Assembly (NCBI GenBank): GCA_913050005.1
Contig: CAJXBI010000003.1
Coordinates: 7,719 to 71,718, forward strand
DNA: 64,000 nucleotides
From: an uncultured Bacteroidota bacterium
Lineage (GTDB): Bacteria > Bacteroidota > Bacteroidia > NS11-12g > UBA9320
Direction: 5' to 3'
In this document: positions 20,701 to 30,541 of the stretch, one piece after another
How positions within the stretch are numbered: the stretch's first letter is position 1
How the letters are laid out: every line of letters begins with the position of its first letter
Made by a program: the position numbers and the translations under genes
The notes under the pieces: generated by a model
Databases searched by the model: none
Told to the model about the DNA's origin: nothing
What the model saw: only the letters and a program-made list of their open reading frames with translations

Positions 20701-21027
20701 GAGAACGTTAGCATTACTCTGTATTTTGTTATTATCTGAATGTGTAAGATTAAAACTTTTCCTAAACGAGTCTTTCCATAAAAACACCAAGTTATGATTA
20801 GCGAATACCTCCATATCTGAATACATATTCTCCGCTTGCTCAAGGTCGTCACAAATGATAAGTTGACTTCGTTGCAAATTTTTAAGAAGATAAGCTAGAG
20901 TAATAGACTTAGCAGATCCAATACAATTCTGGATACCAATGCGAGTTTTCCCAGCTATAACTTCATTCTCCAACTGATTTAGAACGGGGTGTTTATCAAA
21001 AAGATGTGCAAATTCTTGGCTATTCAC
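17710..21027 (-). CDS. mfd: Transcription-repair coupling factor Mfd
   Basis: 1105 aa. Characteristic [22 protein letters not shown], DEEQ box ([10 protein letters not shown]), UvrB-homology N-terminus and TRG motif region. Confidence 0.9.
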   Translation of the reverse strand: [1105 protein letters not shown]

Positions 21028-21185
21028 TTATAAGGAACGCAAATGTATTATTTTGGTTATGGTAAAGTTTGAAATAGGTGCATTAATATTAAATATTAAA
21101 CCATGTACCTATGAGGTTCTTCAATGGATGAATTTTTATGGATAAATCTTTCATAAATAAAGTGAGTCATAACAAAACACATTTA

Positions 21186-21193
21186 TATTTTTG
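21186..21193 (+). promoter_or_regulatory. Candidate Bacteroidota sigma-A -7 element (TAnnTTTG) upstream of sucA
   Basis: tatttttg lies about 18 nt upstream of the ATG at 21211. Motif-level match only. Confidence 0.3.
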
Positions 21194-21210
21194 TTAAACA
21201 TATTTAATTA

Positions 21211-23931
21211 ATGTTAAATCATTCATACCTCAGCAATGCAGATGTTGATTCTATTGAACATCTATACGAACAATACAAAACAGATAAATCTTCATTAGAC
21301 GAAAGTTGGCAGCGATTTTTTGAAGGGTTTGATTTGGCCTATGGTGATTTAGGTTTGAATGGAACGAGTGAAGTCGTATCTGAGGATATGATGAAAGAAA
21401 TTAATGTCTTGAATCTCATAAATAAAGGTTATCGTTCTAGAGGGCATCTTTTTACGAAAACAAATCCTGTAAGAGCCCGTCGAAAATATTCGCCAGATTT
21501 ATCCATTGAGAATTTTGGACTCAATAAATTAGACTTAGATAAAAAATTTAATGCGGGTGTAGCTTTGGGGATTGGTCCTGCAAAACTGAAGGATATTATT
21601 GCTCATTGTGAGCAGACCTATTGTGGAAGTATAGGGGTAGAGTATATGTACATGACAAACCCAAAGCAGTTAGAGTGGCTTCAAAGTAGAATGGAGCAGA
21701 GAAAGAATACACCAGACTTCACAATTGAGCAGAAAAAACTAACCCTTGAAAAGCTTAATCAGGCAGTTGCATTTGAGAATTTTTTGCATACAAAATATGT
21801 TGGACAAAAACGATTTTCATTAGAAGGATTAGAGTCATTAATACCAGCTTTAGATGCTGCAATTGAATTAGGTTCAGGGCAAGGAGTGGAGGAGTTTGTA
21901 ATCGGTATGGCTCACCGTGGAAGATTGAATGTCTTAGCTAATATTATGAAAAAAAGTTACGCTGAAATTTTCAATGAATTTGAGGGTAATGCCCATGAGG
22001 AATCTATATTTGAGGGTGATGTTAAGTATCACTTAGGATATACCAGTTCTGTAACAACCAGTTTAGGTAAGAAGGTTAAGCTGAACCTATGTCCTAACCC
22101 AAGTCATTTGGAAGCGGTTAATCCAGTTGTACAGGGAATGACTAAAGCTAAATTAGACGAGCGTTATGCTAAAGATTTGTCAAAAATCACTCCCATATTA
22201 ATTCATGGTGATGCAGCTATTGCTGGGCAGGGTATAGTTTATGAAGTTATTCAAATGGCTGGATTGGACGGTTACAATGTTGGTGGCACACTTCATCTAG
22301 TCACCAATAATCAAATTGGTTTTACGACTAACTATATCGACGCTAGAACATCAATTTACTGTACGGATGTTGCTAAGACTACCAAATGTCCCGTTTTCCA
22401 TGTTAATGGTGACGATGTTGAAGCAGTTATATATACAATCAAACTTGCATTAGAATACAGGCAAACCTTTAATAAGGATGTATTTATTGACATTTTAGGA
22501 TATCGTAAATATGGTCATAATGAGGGTGATGAACCAAAATTCACCCAGCCTTTGCTTTACAAAGCTATTGCTAAACATCCTAATCCAAGAGAAATCTATG
22601 CAAGAAAACTAAGTGAACAAGGAACAATAGAAGCAAATATTGCCAAAGAAATGGAGCGTGAATTTAAAAAGATGCTTCAAGAGGATCTAGAAGATGTTCG
22701 TTCCGATAAAAAACCAAAAAATAACAATTTACCTAAAAATACTTGGAGCGATATAAAATCCGGTACGAAAGCAGATTTTGAGCGTTCATTTAAAACTTCA
22801 GTTACCAAAGCAAGTTTAGAAAAGGTCGCAACTACAATTACTTCCATCCCAGATAATTATATACCAATTAAAAAAGTAACCAAACTTTATAACGATAGAA
22901 AACAAATGATATCGTCAGGAGAATATGATTGGGCCATGGGTGAATTAATGGCTTATGGTTCATTGCTTAATGAAGGTCATCCAGTACGAATAAGTGGGCA
23001 AGATGTCGAACGAGGGACATTCTCACATAGACATTCGGTAATTAATATGGAAGATGGTATTGAAAAATTTATTCCATTAAATCATATTTCTTCTGATCAA
23101 GCGCCATTTGATATACATAATTCCTTATTGTCCGAGTTCGCAGTATTAGGTTTTGAATATGGGTATTCAATTGCCAATCCACAAGGGCTTACAATTTGGG
23201 AAGCTCAGTTTGGAGATTTTGCCAATGGTTGTCAAGTAATGATTGATCAATTTATTGCAAGTGGGGAAACTAAATGGGGGAGATACAGTGGATTGGTGAT
23301 GCTTTTACCTCACGGATATGAGGGTCAAGGTCCAGAACATAGTAGTGCTCGTCTAGAGCGATATTTGCAATTATGTGCCTCTGGAAATATGCAGGTGATG
23401 AATATCACAAGCCCTGCAAATTTATTTCATGCCCTTAGACGACAAATTCATAGAGACTTTAGAAAACCATTGGCTATTATGAGTCCTAAAAGTTTATTGA
23501 GACATCCAAAATGTGTGAGCACAACAAATGATTTTACAAACGGAACATTTCAAGAGTTGATAGATGATAATTATGTAGATTTAAAGAAAGTAAAAAGAGT
23601 AAATCTATGCAGCGGTAAAATTTATTACGACCTTTTGCAAAAGCAGGAATCTGATAAAAGAAAAGATGTGGCAATCGTTAGAATAGAACAAATTTACCCA
23701 ATGCCAGAGTCTCAAATTCAGAAACTTTTCAAAAAATACTCCAAAGCTGAATTTTGTTGGGTGCAAGAAGAACCTAAAAATATGGGTGCATGGATGCATG
23801 TTTTACGATATGATTGGGCTAGAAATTTCAAAGAGATTACTCGCAAAAGCAGTGCTAGTCCAGCTACTGGATATGCAGTTGTTCATTCTCGCGAACAAAA
23901 AGCAATAGTAGACGAGGCATTTGATATTTAA
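21211..23931 (+). CDS. sucA: 2-oxoglutarate dehydrogenase E1 component
   Basis: 906 aa. ThDP-binding and transketolase-like regions (GDAAIAGQGIVYE, HGYEGQGPEHSSARLERYLQL) typical of SucA/Kgd. Confidence 0.9.
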   Translation: MLNHSYLSNADVDSIEHLYEQYKTDKSSLDESWQRFFEGFDLAYGDLGLNGTSEVVSEDMMKEINVLNLINKGYRSRGHLFTKTNPVRARRKYSPDLSIENFGLNKLDLDKKFNAGVALGIGPAKLKDIIAHCEQTYCGSIGVEYMYMTNPKQLEWLQSRMEQRKNTPDFTIEQKKLTLEKLNQAVAFENFLHTKYVGQKRFSLEGLESLIPALDAAIELGSGQGVEEFVIGMAHRGRLNVLANIMKKSYAEIFNEFEGNAHEESIFEGDVKYHLGYTSSVTTSLGKKVKLNLCPNPSHLEAVNPVVQGMTKAKLDERYAKDLSKITPILIHGDAAIAGQGIVYEVIQMAGLDGYNVGGTLHLVTNNQIGFTTNYIDARTSIYCTDVAKTTKCPVFHVNGDDVEAVIYTIKLALEYRQTFNKDVFIDILGYRKYGHNEGDEPKFTQPLLYKAIAKHPNPREIYARKLSEQGTIEANIAKEMEREFKKMLQEDLEDVRSDKKPKNNNLPKNTWSDIKSGTKADFERSFKTSVTKASLEKVATTITSIPDNYIPIKKVTKLYNDRKQMISSGEYDWAMGELMAYGSLLNEGHPVRISGQDVERGTFSHRHSVINMEDGIEKFIPLNHISSDQAPFDIHNSLLSEFAVLGFEYGYSIANPQGLTIWEAQFGDFANGCQVMIDQFIASGETKWGRYSGLVMLLPHGYEGQGPEHSSARLERYLQLCASGNMQVMNITSPANLFHALRRQIHRDFRKPLAIMSPKSLLRHPKCVSTTNDFTNGTFQELIDDNYVDLKKVKRVNLCSGKIYYDLLQKQESDKRKDVAIVRIEQIYPMPESQIQKLFKKYSKAEFCWVQEEPKNMGAWMHVLRYDWARNFKEITRKSSASPATGYAVVHSREQKAIVDEAFDI

Positions 23932-23962
23932 TTAGAGTGTCTTTGTAAATTTCTTTATTTTT

Positions 23963-25342
23963 TTATAGTCTCTTTACACTTGTATACAGCCAGATTCCTG
24001 CCCAGATTCCAGCTAATATTTCACCTAAAGGCATGGAAAACCAAACTCCATCTAAGCCCAAGAAGTAACTTAATATGTACATTAGAGGTATCATGAAAAG
24101 TCCCTGTCTTGCGAGTGTTAACACCAATGCCGGGATGGGCTTGCCAATAGCTTGAAAAAAGCCCCCGCCTATGAATCCTATGCCCATTACAGGCAATGAA
24201 AGGAAGATTAGCCGCAATACCCTTGGAGTATGATTTAGAAGTTCCTTATCTTCTGTAAATATTTCAATCAGTTTTTGAGGGAAAACTGTAATAATGGTTA
24301 ATAATATTATTGAAATGAATGTTGTCCATTTTATAGCCAACCAAACAGAATGCCTTACTCTTTGCCAATTCTTCGCACCATAGTTATAACTGACAATGGG
24401 CATTAAACCTTGCATAATTCCAATAATAGGGAATGCAATAAATAAGGTGAATCCCCTGATTAATCCGTAAATAGCAATTGCATGAGACCCTCCACTTTGG
24501 TCAAATATATTCTCATAGGCTATAACCCCCCATTTATTTAACTGACTATATAGCACAATAGCAAGGATGCTAAACATACTTTGTCTAACTAATGTTATTG
24601 AGCCTATAGAAGTAATTTCTTTTATTAAACCAAAGTCAAGTTTTAAGTCATCGGGGATTAATTTTAATTCGTTTCTACCTGACACAAAGAACCATAGGGT
24701 ATATAATCCACTGAGGATGTAGCCTGACGAGGTAGCAATAGCTGCACCTGTGATACCCATATTAAATTGATATATCAAAATATAGTCAAGAATTATATTG
24801 GATACTGCTGGGATAATCATGGTCAACATGGCCATTTTGGGCTTCCCCTCTGCACGGATTACATTATTAGTCATCATAGCCCAACCTAAAAAAGGAAGGC
24901 CGAGAAGAAGAATGTTAAAATATTTCTTTGCAAAAGGGATAATCTCGTCATTTGCGCCAAAAACTCGTAAAAGCTGTTCTTGAAAAATATATCCAACTAA
25001 TACGAAGAAAAGTACAAATCCCACCGTTAACTTAATCTGATTTCCAAACGTTTTTTGGGCTTTAGTGGTATTCCCCTCACCTAGAGCTCTAGCAAGAACA
25101 GATGCACCACCTACTCCAATTGCCATTCCAAAAGATGAAATAAGAAATGTTATTGGTAGCACAACAGTTATAGCAGCAATAGCAATTTCACCTTCGGCAT
25201 ATCTACTAACAAAAAATACATCAACCATTTGATAAAAGGACATCACTAAAAAACCAATTGACGCGGGTAGAGATTGTTGGAATAAGAGTTTACTCATTTT
25301 CTCATTACCCAACTTGTCAGATGTTTTATTGTTAACCTTCAA
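23963..25342 (-). CDS. MATE family efflux transporter
   Basis: 12-TM protein with a MatE-like N-terminus (LFQQSLPASIGFLVMSFYQMVDVFFVSR) and internal repeat. Confidence 0.8.
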   Translation of the reverse strand: MKVNNKTSDKLGNEKMSKLLFQQSLPASIGFLVMSFYQMVDVFFVSRYAEGEIAIAAITVVLPITFLISSFGMAIGVGGASVLARALGEGNTTKAQKTFGNQIKLTVGFVLFFVLVGYIFQEQLLRVFGANDEIIPFAKKYFNILLLGLPFLGWAMMTNNVIRAEGKPKMAMLTMIIPAVSNIILDYILIYQFNMGITGAAIATSSGYILSGLYTLWFFVSGRNELKLIPDDLKLDFGLIKEITSIGSITLVRQSMFSILAIVLYSQLNKWGVIAYENIFDQSGGSHAIAIYGLIRGFTLFIAFPIIGIMQGLMPIVSYNYGAKNWQRVRHSVWLAIKWTTFISIILLTIITVFPQKLIEIFTEDKELLNHTPRVLRLIFLSLPVMGIGFIGGGFFQAIGKPIPALVLTLARQGLFMIPLMYILSYFLGLDGVWFSMPLGEILAGIWAGIWLYTSVKRL

Positions 25343-25460
25343 AAAGATATCCTACGAAAGTATTATTTAAACCATTATCAAGTAGGATTAAAGCCTAAAG
25401 ATTAGTTATAAGCTAAGGTTAGATTACGCAAAATGAAAAAAAAACCGTTGATTTGCAGTA

Positions 25461-26117
25461 GTGAATTATTTAAGTCATTATTACTTTGATCGAGACGAGG
25501 ACAATAAGTACTTTAACATAGGTTTAATTCTTCCGGATTTAGCAAGATCACACATTGCTAAATTAAGAATCAATCCTTATAAAAATATTACGTTTACAAC
25601 GAAAGAAATTTCCTCGATGAATGATGGGTGTAATAAACATTTTGCCAGTGATCGAAAATTTCATAACTGGATGACATTTGTCGAGCTAACCAATAAAGCT
25701 ACTGATATGATTCGTGAGAGTGGCGATAAAGACATTAATCGAGACTATTTTATAACACATATTATGGTTGAGATTCTATTAGATAAAATTCTATTGGATA
25801 AAAACCCTTCATTGGCCGATGATTTTTATGCGATGATTGATAGCGTTGAAACGGATTGGATTCTTAAGTTTATGAGATATGCAGGATTGCAGGACGATGA
25901 ATTATGGAAAGGCCAACACCGAAGATTTATGAAGGCAGCATTTTTGAAATCATACACGAGTATTGAAAATGTAATTGAGGCAGTAGAAGGTGTTTGTGCT
26001 AATCTTGACATGATTGAACTCAATGACGATCAACGAAATCTATTAATTGAAATTTGTGAGACAATAGAACCTGAATTAGCTCGTTCTATTAATGCCCTAG
26101 AAATTCAATTACTATAA
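25461..26117 (+). CDS. Acyl carrier protein phosphodiesterase (AcpH)-like protein
   Basis: GTG start. N-terminus MNYLSHYYFD parallels AcpH MNFLAHLHLA. His-rich metal-site-like region HFASDRKFHNW. Size 218 aa, close to AcpH (about 190-200 aa). Confidence 0.5.
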   Translation: MNYLSHYYFDRDEDNKYFNIGLILPDLARSHIAKLRINPYKNITFTTKEISSMNDGCNKHFASDRKFHNWMTFVELTNKATDMIRESGDKDINRDYFITHIMVEILLDKILLDKNPSLADDFYAMIDSVETDWILKFMRYAGLQDDELWKGQHRRFMKAAFLKSYTSIENVIEAVEGVCANLDMIELNDDQRNLLIEICETIEPELARSINALEIQLL

Positions 26118-26129
26118 CAAATCTTTTAC

Positions 26130-27221
26130 ATGAAAATACCACAAATTGAGCTTACGTGTTTTGTGGTATACATATTGGTTTTTTTTAATCAAAATCTTTT
26201 AGCTCAAAGTACACCTAAATACAGCAATGATTTTTTGTCTATTGGTGTAGGTGCTAGATCTTTTGGTATGGCTAATTCTGTTGTGGCATCGGTAGATGAC
26301 GTCACAGCGAGCTATTGGAATCCCTCCGGGCTTACAAAACAAAAAGAGAAGTTACAAATTAGCTTTATGCATTCTAATTATTTTAGTGGTATAGCTAACT
26401 ATGATTACTTAGGTATTAGTACCCAAGTCAATGAAAAATCAGCATTAAGTTTTTCAATGGTAAGATTCGGGGTGGATAATATTCCTAACACACTAGATTT
26501 GATTAGAAATGGACAGATTAATTATAATCGAATTACGAGCTTTAGTTCTGTGGACTATGGATTCTTTGTTAGCTATGCACAGAAGGCTCTTAAAAATGGT
26601 TTGAGTTTTGGAGGAAGCGCCAAGATCGTTCATAGACAAGCAGGTGACTTTGCTTCATCATGGGGATTTGGGATTGATATGAGCTCTCGCTATGAATTAA
26701 AAAATAATTGGACTTTTGCCTTGATGGCAAGAGATATTACCACTACTTTTAATGCCTGGAGCTATAATTTCACTGATTCTGAAGAAGAAATTTTTCTCCA
26801 AACAAATAATGAAATACCACAAAATTCTTTAGAGTTGACTTTGCCTAAGTTTATTTTTGGGGTGGCTAAAAAGATGAATTTCAATGATAATTTTAGCCTA
26901 CTTACCGAAATGAATTTGGATGTGAATACAGATGGTCAGCGAAATACGCTTTTAAAATCAGATTTAATTAGTGGAGACCCACATTTAGGACTAGAGTGTG
27001 GTTATAGAGATGTGGTATTTTTGAGGGCTGGAGTAGGTAATATTCAACAAAAAATGGATTTAAACTTAAGTGAAAATTGGACTTTCATGCCTAATTTAGG
27101 TGTTGGTGTTAAATTTAAACAAGTTATTTTGGACTATGCTCTGAGTGACATTGGAAATCAAAGTTCAGCACAATACTCACATGTATTTAGTATTAGGGCT
27201 TCAATAAATCCTAAACCCTAA
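26130..27221 (+). CDS. PorQ/PorV-family (FadL-like) outer membrane beta-barrel protein, T9SS-associated
   Basis: Signal peptide. N-terminal signature SIGVGARSFGMANSVVASVDDVTASYWNPSGL as in PorV/PorQ proteins. Beta-barrel-like remainder. 363 aa. Confidence 0.5.
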   Translation: MKIPQIELTCFVVYILVFFNQNLLAQSTPKYSNDFLSIGVGARSFGMANSVVASVDDVTASYWNPSGLTKQKEKLQISFMHSNYFSGIANYDYLGISTQVNEKSALSFSMVRFGVDNIPNTLDLIRNGQINYNRITSFSSVDYGFFVSYAQKALKNGLSFGGSAKIVHRQAGDFASSWGFGIDMSSRYELKNNWTFALMARDITTTFNAWSYNFTDSEEEIFLQTNNEIPQNSLELTLPKFIFGVAKKMNFNDNFSLLTEMNLDVNTDGQRNTLLKSDLISGDPHLGLECGYRDVVFLRAGVGNIQQKMDLNLSENWTFMPNLGVGVKFKQVILDYALSDIGNQSSAQYSHVFSIRASINPKP

Positions 27222-27224
27222 TTA

Positions 27225-28256
27225 TTACTTAATAAGATCAGCATATTTAATTTTAAACTTTATTACTTTTGGTCTGATTATCATATTACAGTAGCCATTA
27301 GTTGATGAGTTATTATTAAAGTAATTTTGATGATAATCTTCTGCTTTACTGTAGTTATATATAGATTCTACTGTGGTGACTATGGGTTCGTCCCATAGAT
27401 TACTAGAATCAATCCTATTAAGTATATTATTAGCAATTTCTTTTTGTTGGGCACTGTGATAATAGATAACTGAACGGTATTGGTCTCCAACATCGTTTCC
27501 TTGTCTGTTTAGTGTGGTAGGATTATGGACATGAAAGAAAATATCAATAAGTGTTTCAGTTGATATAATTTTTGGATCATAAATTAGCTGAGCGACTTCA
27601 ACTGAACCAGTATTGCCCTGACAAACCATTTTATATGTAGGATTTTTTATTTTACCACCTGCATAACCACTTTCAACATGGGAAACACCCTTAAGTTTTT
27701 GAAAAAGAACTTCAACGCACCAGAAGCAACCTGCCCCAAATGTTATGGTATCTAATTCTGAAACTTCTTTTAAAGTAATTATTTTTGGAATGGATTTAGC
27801 CTTTGGAACGAATTTCATAGAAATACTATTGACACAGTGACGGGTATTTTTTGTTGTAAAATTCTCTCCAATAAATACGTGTCCAAGATGTCCTGAACAA
27901 TTACTGCAAACAATTTCAGTTCTTCGACCGTCAGAGTCAAGGATTCGATTTACAGCTCCGGTTATTTCATCATCAAAACTCGGCCAGCCACAATTGCTGT
28001 TGAATTTGGATGATGATTGATAAAGTTTTTGATTGCATTGTCTGCATATGTATGTTCCATCCTCATAGTGTTTATTATATTCACCTGTGTTAGGGTATTC
28101 AGTACCTTTTCGAATAATAACTCTTTTTTCAGCTTCAGTTAGTTTATTGTATTCTGTTGTGTTGGGTTTTTCTTGATTTATCATATTGTCAGATCCAATT
28201 TGGGCATTACAAGAAGTCACTAATAAAAGAAAAATTAAATAATAAGCATACTTCAT
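27225..28256 (-). CDS. msrAB: Secreted bifunctional methionine sulfoxide reductase MsrB-MsrA
   Basis: Signal/lipobox (LLVTSCNAQ). MsrB module (CxxC pairs, GHLGHVF...RHCVNS) followed by MsrA module (GAGCFWCVE). Confidence 0.85.
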   Translation of the reverse strand: MKYAYYLIFLLLVTSCNAQIGSDNMINQEKPNTTEYNKLTEAEKRVIIRKGTEYPNTGEYNKHYEDGTYICRQCNQKLYQSSSKFNSNCGWPSFDDEITGAVNRILDSDGRRTEIVCSNCSGHLGHVFIGENFTTKNTRHCVNSISMKFVPKAKSIPKIITLKEVSELDTITFGAGCFWCVEVLFQKLKGVSHVESGYAGGKIKNPTYKMVCQGNTGSVEVAQLIYDPKIISTETLIDIFFHVHNPTTLNRQGNDVGDQYRSVIYYHSAQQKEIANNILNRIDSSNLWDEPIVTTVESIYNYSKAEDYHQNYFNNNSSTNGYCNMIIRPKVIKFKIKYADLIK

Positions 28257-28385
28257 ATTTATATATACGAATGAAATGCCACTTTTGATTTATGATCGGT
28301 TAATTAAATTGAATCCAATTCAAGCATATTTTTCTATATCGTCGCTTAGAGTTTAACTTTGAAGAATCATTAAGGAATTTGTAAG

Positions 28386-29399
28386 ATGAAATTACATAAT
28401 ACAATTAATGGGGAAAAGCTTAAAAAGAAAATTAAAAGTAGTAAAGAATCACGGACTACAATTTCTTTTTATAAATACGCAAAAATTGCAAATCCTCACC
28501 TTTTTAGAGATCATCTTTTTTACCATTGGGATAATCTCAGAGTTTTAGGTAGAATATATGTTGCTGAAGAAGGAATCAATGCTCAATTGAGCATTCCAAA
28601 AGAACTTTTAACAGAATTTAAGTTGGCATTAGATTCAATTTCATTTTTAGAAGATGTAAGACTCAACTATGCTGTAGATGATGATGGTAAGTCTTTTTTC
28701 AAACTCACCATAAAGGTTAAAAATAAAATTGTAGCTGATGGTTTAAATGACGATTTATTCGATGTTTTGAAGCCAGGTAGTTATTTAAAGGTAGAAGAAT
28801 TCAATGAGCTAACTGATCAAGATGAAACAGTTCTTATTGACATGCGAAATCACTATGAAAGTGAGGTCGGTCATTTCAAGGGGGCGTGGTGTCCTGATGT
28901 GGATACTTTTAGAGATCAACTTCCGCTTGTTGTAAATGAGTTGTCAGACAAAAAGGATAAGCCTATTGTGATGTATTGTACTGGAGGAATTCGATGTGAA
29001 AAAGCAAGTGCTTACTTAAAGCACAATGGGTTTAAGGATGTGTATCACCTTGAAGGTGGAATTATTAAATATGCACGTGATGCTAAAGAGCTTGGTTTAA
29101 AGAATAAGTTTATTGGTAAAAACTTTGTTTTTGATGAACGTATTAATGAGCGGATTAGTGATGATATTATTGCAGAATGCCACCAGTGTGGAGAATCTTT
29201 TGATGATCACACTAACTGCGCTAATAAGGCTTGTAATTTATTGTTTATTCAGTGTCCAAAGTGTTCATCAAAGTTTTCAGGTGCTTGCTCTAATGAATGT
29301 ATGGAAATCAATGCATTACCCGAGGAGGAACAAAGGGAACTCCGAAAAGGTAAAGATACTGGGGTGAGAATATTCAGTAAAGGGCGTTTTAAAAAATAA
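28386..29399 (+). CDS. trhO: tRNA uridine(34) hydroxylase TrhO (rhodanese-domain protein, YceA family)
   Basis: Near-colinear with E. coli YceA: TTISFYKY, GINAQLSIP, FIDMRNHYE.EVGHF, YCTGGIRCEKASAYLKHNGF, GKNFVFDERI.ERISD. Confidence 0.85.
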   Translation: MKLHNTINGEKLKKKIKSSKESRTTISFYKYAKIANPHLFRDHLFYHWDNLRVLGRIYVAEEGINAQLSIPKELLTEFKLALDSISFLEDVRLNYAVDDDGKSFFKLTIKVKNKIVADGLNDDLFDVLKPGSYLKVEEFNELTDQDETVLIDMRNHYESEVGHFKGAWCPDVDTFRDQLPLVVNELSDKKDKPIVMYCTGGIRCEKASAYLKHNGFKDVYHLEGGIIKYARDAKELGLKNKFIGKNFVFDERINERISDDIIAECHQCGESFDDHTNCANKACNLLFIQCPKCSSKFSGACSNECMEINALPEEEQRELRKGKDTGVRIFSKGRFKK

Positions 29400-29406
29400 A
29401 CCTTTT

Positions 29407-30408
29407 TTATCGGTACATGACTTTTTCGATAGCTTCTATTACACCCTTAGCATTAGGTAACCAAGTTTCAACCAGGCTAGATGCATATGGAAGTGGTGTA
29501 TCGAGTGTAGTTACACGCTTGATTGGTGCGTCAAGATGATCGAACACCATTTGGCTCATCATGTAGCTTATCTCAGAAGATATAGATGCTAAAGGCCATG
29601 CTTCTTCGAGCACTACGCATCGATTGGTCTTTTTAATACTCTCTGCAATTGTTTGGTAGTCGATTGGTCTCACAGATTGCAAATCAATAAGTTCGACATC
29701 AATTCCTTTTTCTGTTAATATTCTTACAGATTCTTCAGCAACTCTCATCATCTTTCCAAAAGAAACAAGGGTCACATCACTGCCAGTTTTTTGAATGTTT
29801 GCTTGTCCAAGAGGAATATAATATTCTTCCTCAGGAACGTCATGCTTGAGTCCGTACATCTGCTCACTTTCCATGAAAATTACTGGATCTGGATCAATAA
29901 TAGCAGATTTTAGAAGGCCTTTTGCATTATATGCGTTAGACAATACGGCAACTTTTAGACCAGGACAATTAGCATACCAGTTCTCAAACGCCTGAGAATG
30001 TTGAGCTCCCAGTTGTCCAGCACTTCCGGTAGGTCCTCGAAATACCATAGGGCATGTAAATTGACCGCCACTCATACTATTCATTTTAGCGGCAGCATTG
30101 ATAACTTGATCAATGGCAACTAGACTAAAGTTAAATGTCATAAATTCTACAATAGGCTTTAGCCCATTGGTAGCTGCTCCAGTTGCTATTCCAGCAAATC
30201 CTAACTCAGCTATAGGAGTATCAATCACTCTTTTCTCCCCAAATTCGTCAAGCATTCCCTGACTTACTTTGTATGCCCCATTATACTCAGCAACTTCCTC
30301 ACCCATGAGAAGAATAGAATCATCTTTTCGCATCTCCTCATTCATTGCTTCACGAAGTGCTTCACGTATTTGCAGTTGTCTTGACATTTTAATTTTTATT
30401 GAGTGCAA
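29407..30408 (-). CDS. 2-oxo acid (pyruvate/acetoin) dehydrogenase E1 component beta subunit
   Basis: Transketolase-like pyrimidine-binding and C-terminal domains (RVIDTPIAELGFAGIATGAATNGLKPIVEFMTFNF). The likely true start is the internal Met (MSRQLQI) at about 30387. Confidence 0.85.
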   Translation of the reverse strand: MHSIKIKMSRQLQIREALREAMNEEMRKDDSILLMGEEVAEYNGAYKVSQGMLDEFGEKRVIDTPIAELGFAGIATGAATNGLKPIVEFMTFNFSLVAIDQVINAAAKMNSMSGGQFTCPMVFRGPTGSAGQLGAQHSQAFENWYANCPGLKVAVLSNAYNAKGLLKSAIIDPDPVIFMESEQMYGLKHDVPEEEYYIPLGQANIQKTGSDVTLVSFGKMMRVAEESVRILTEKGIDVELIDLQSVRPIDYQTIAESIKKTNRCVVLEEAWPLASISSEISYMMSQMVFDHLDAPIKRVTTLDTPLPYASSLVETWLPNAKGVIEAIEKVMYR

Positions 30409-30541
30409 AAATAAGATTATTAATAAAGTAAAGTAACACTATTAAACGTGTTTTTTTAGAGTAATATATTCAAGAAAAAGATAAGAATTATGTCTTATTA
30501 GGCTCAGAAGTATTGATTGATTTTCTTGATGATAGTTGATT

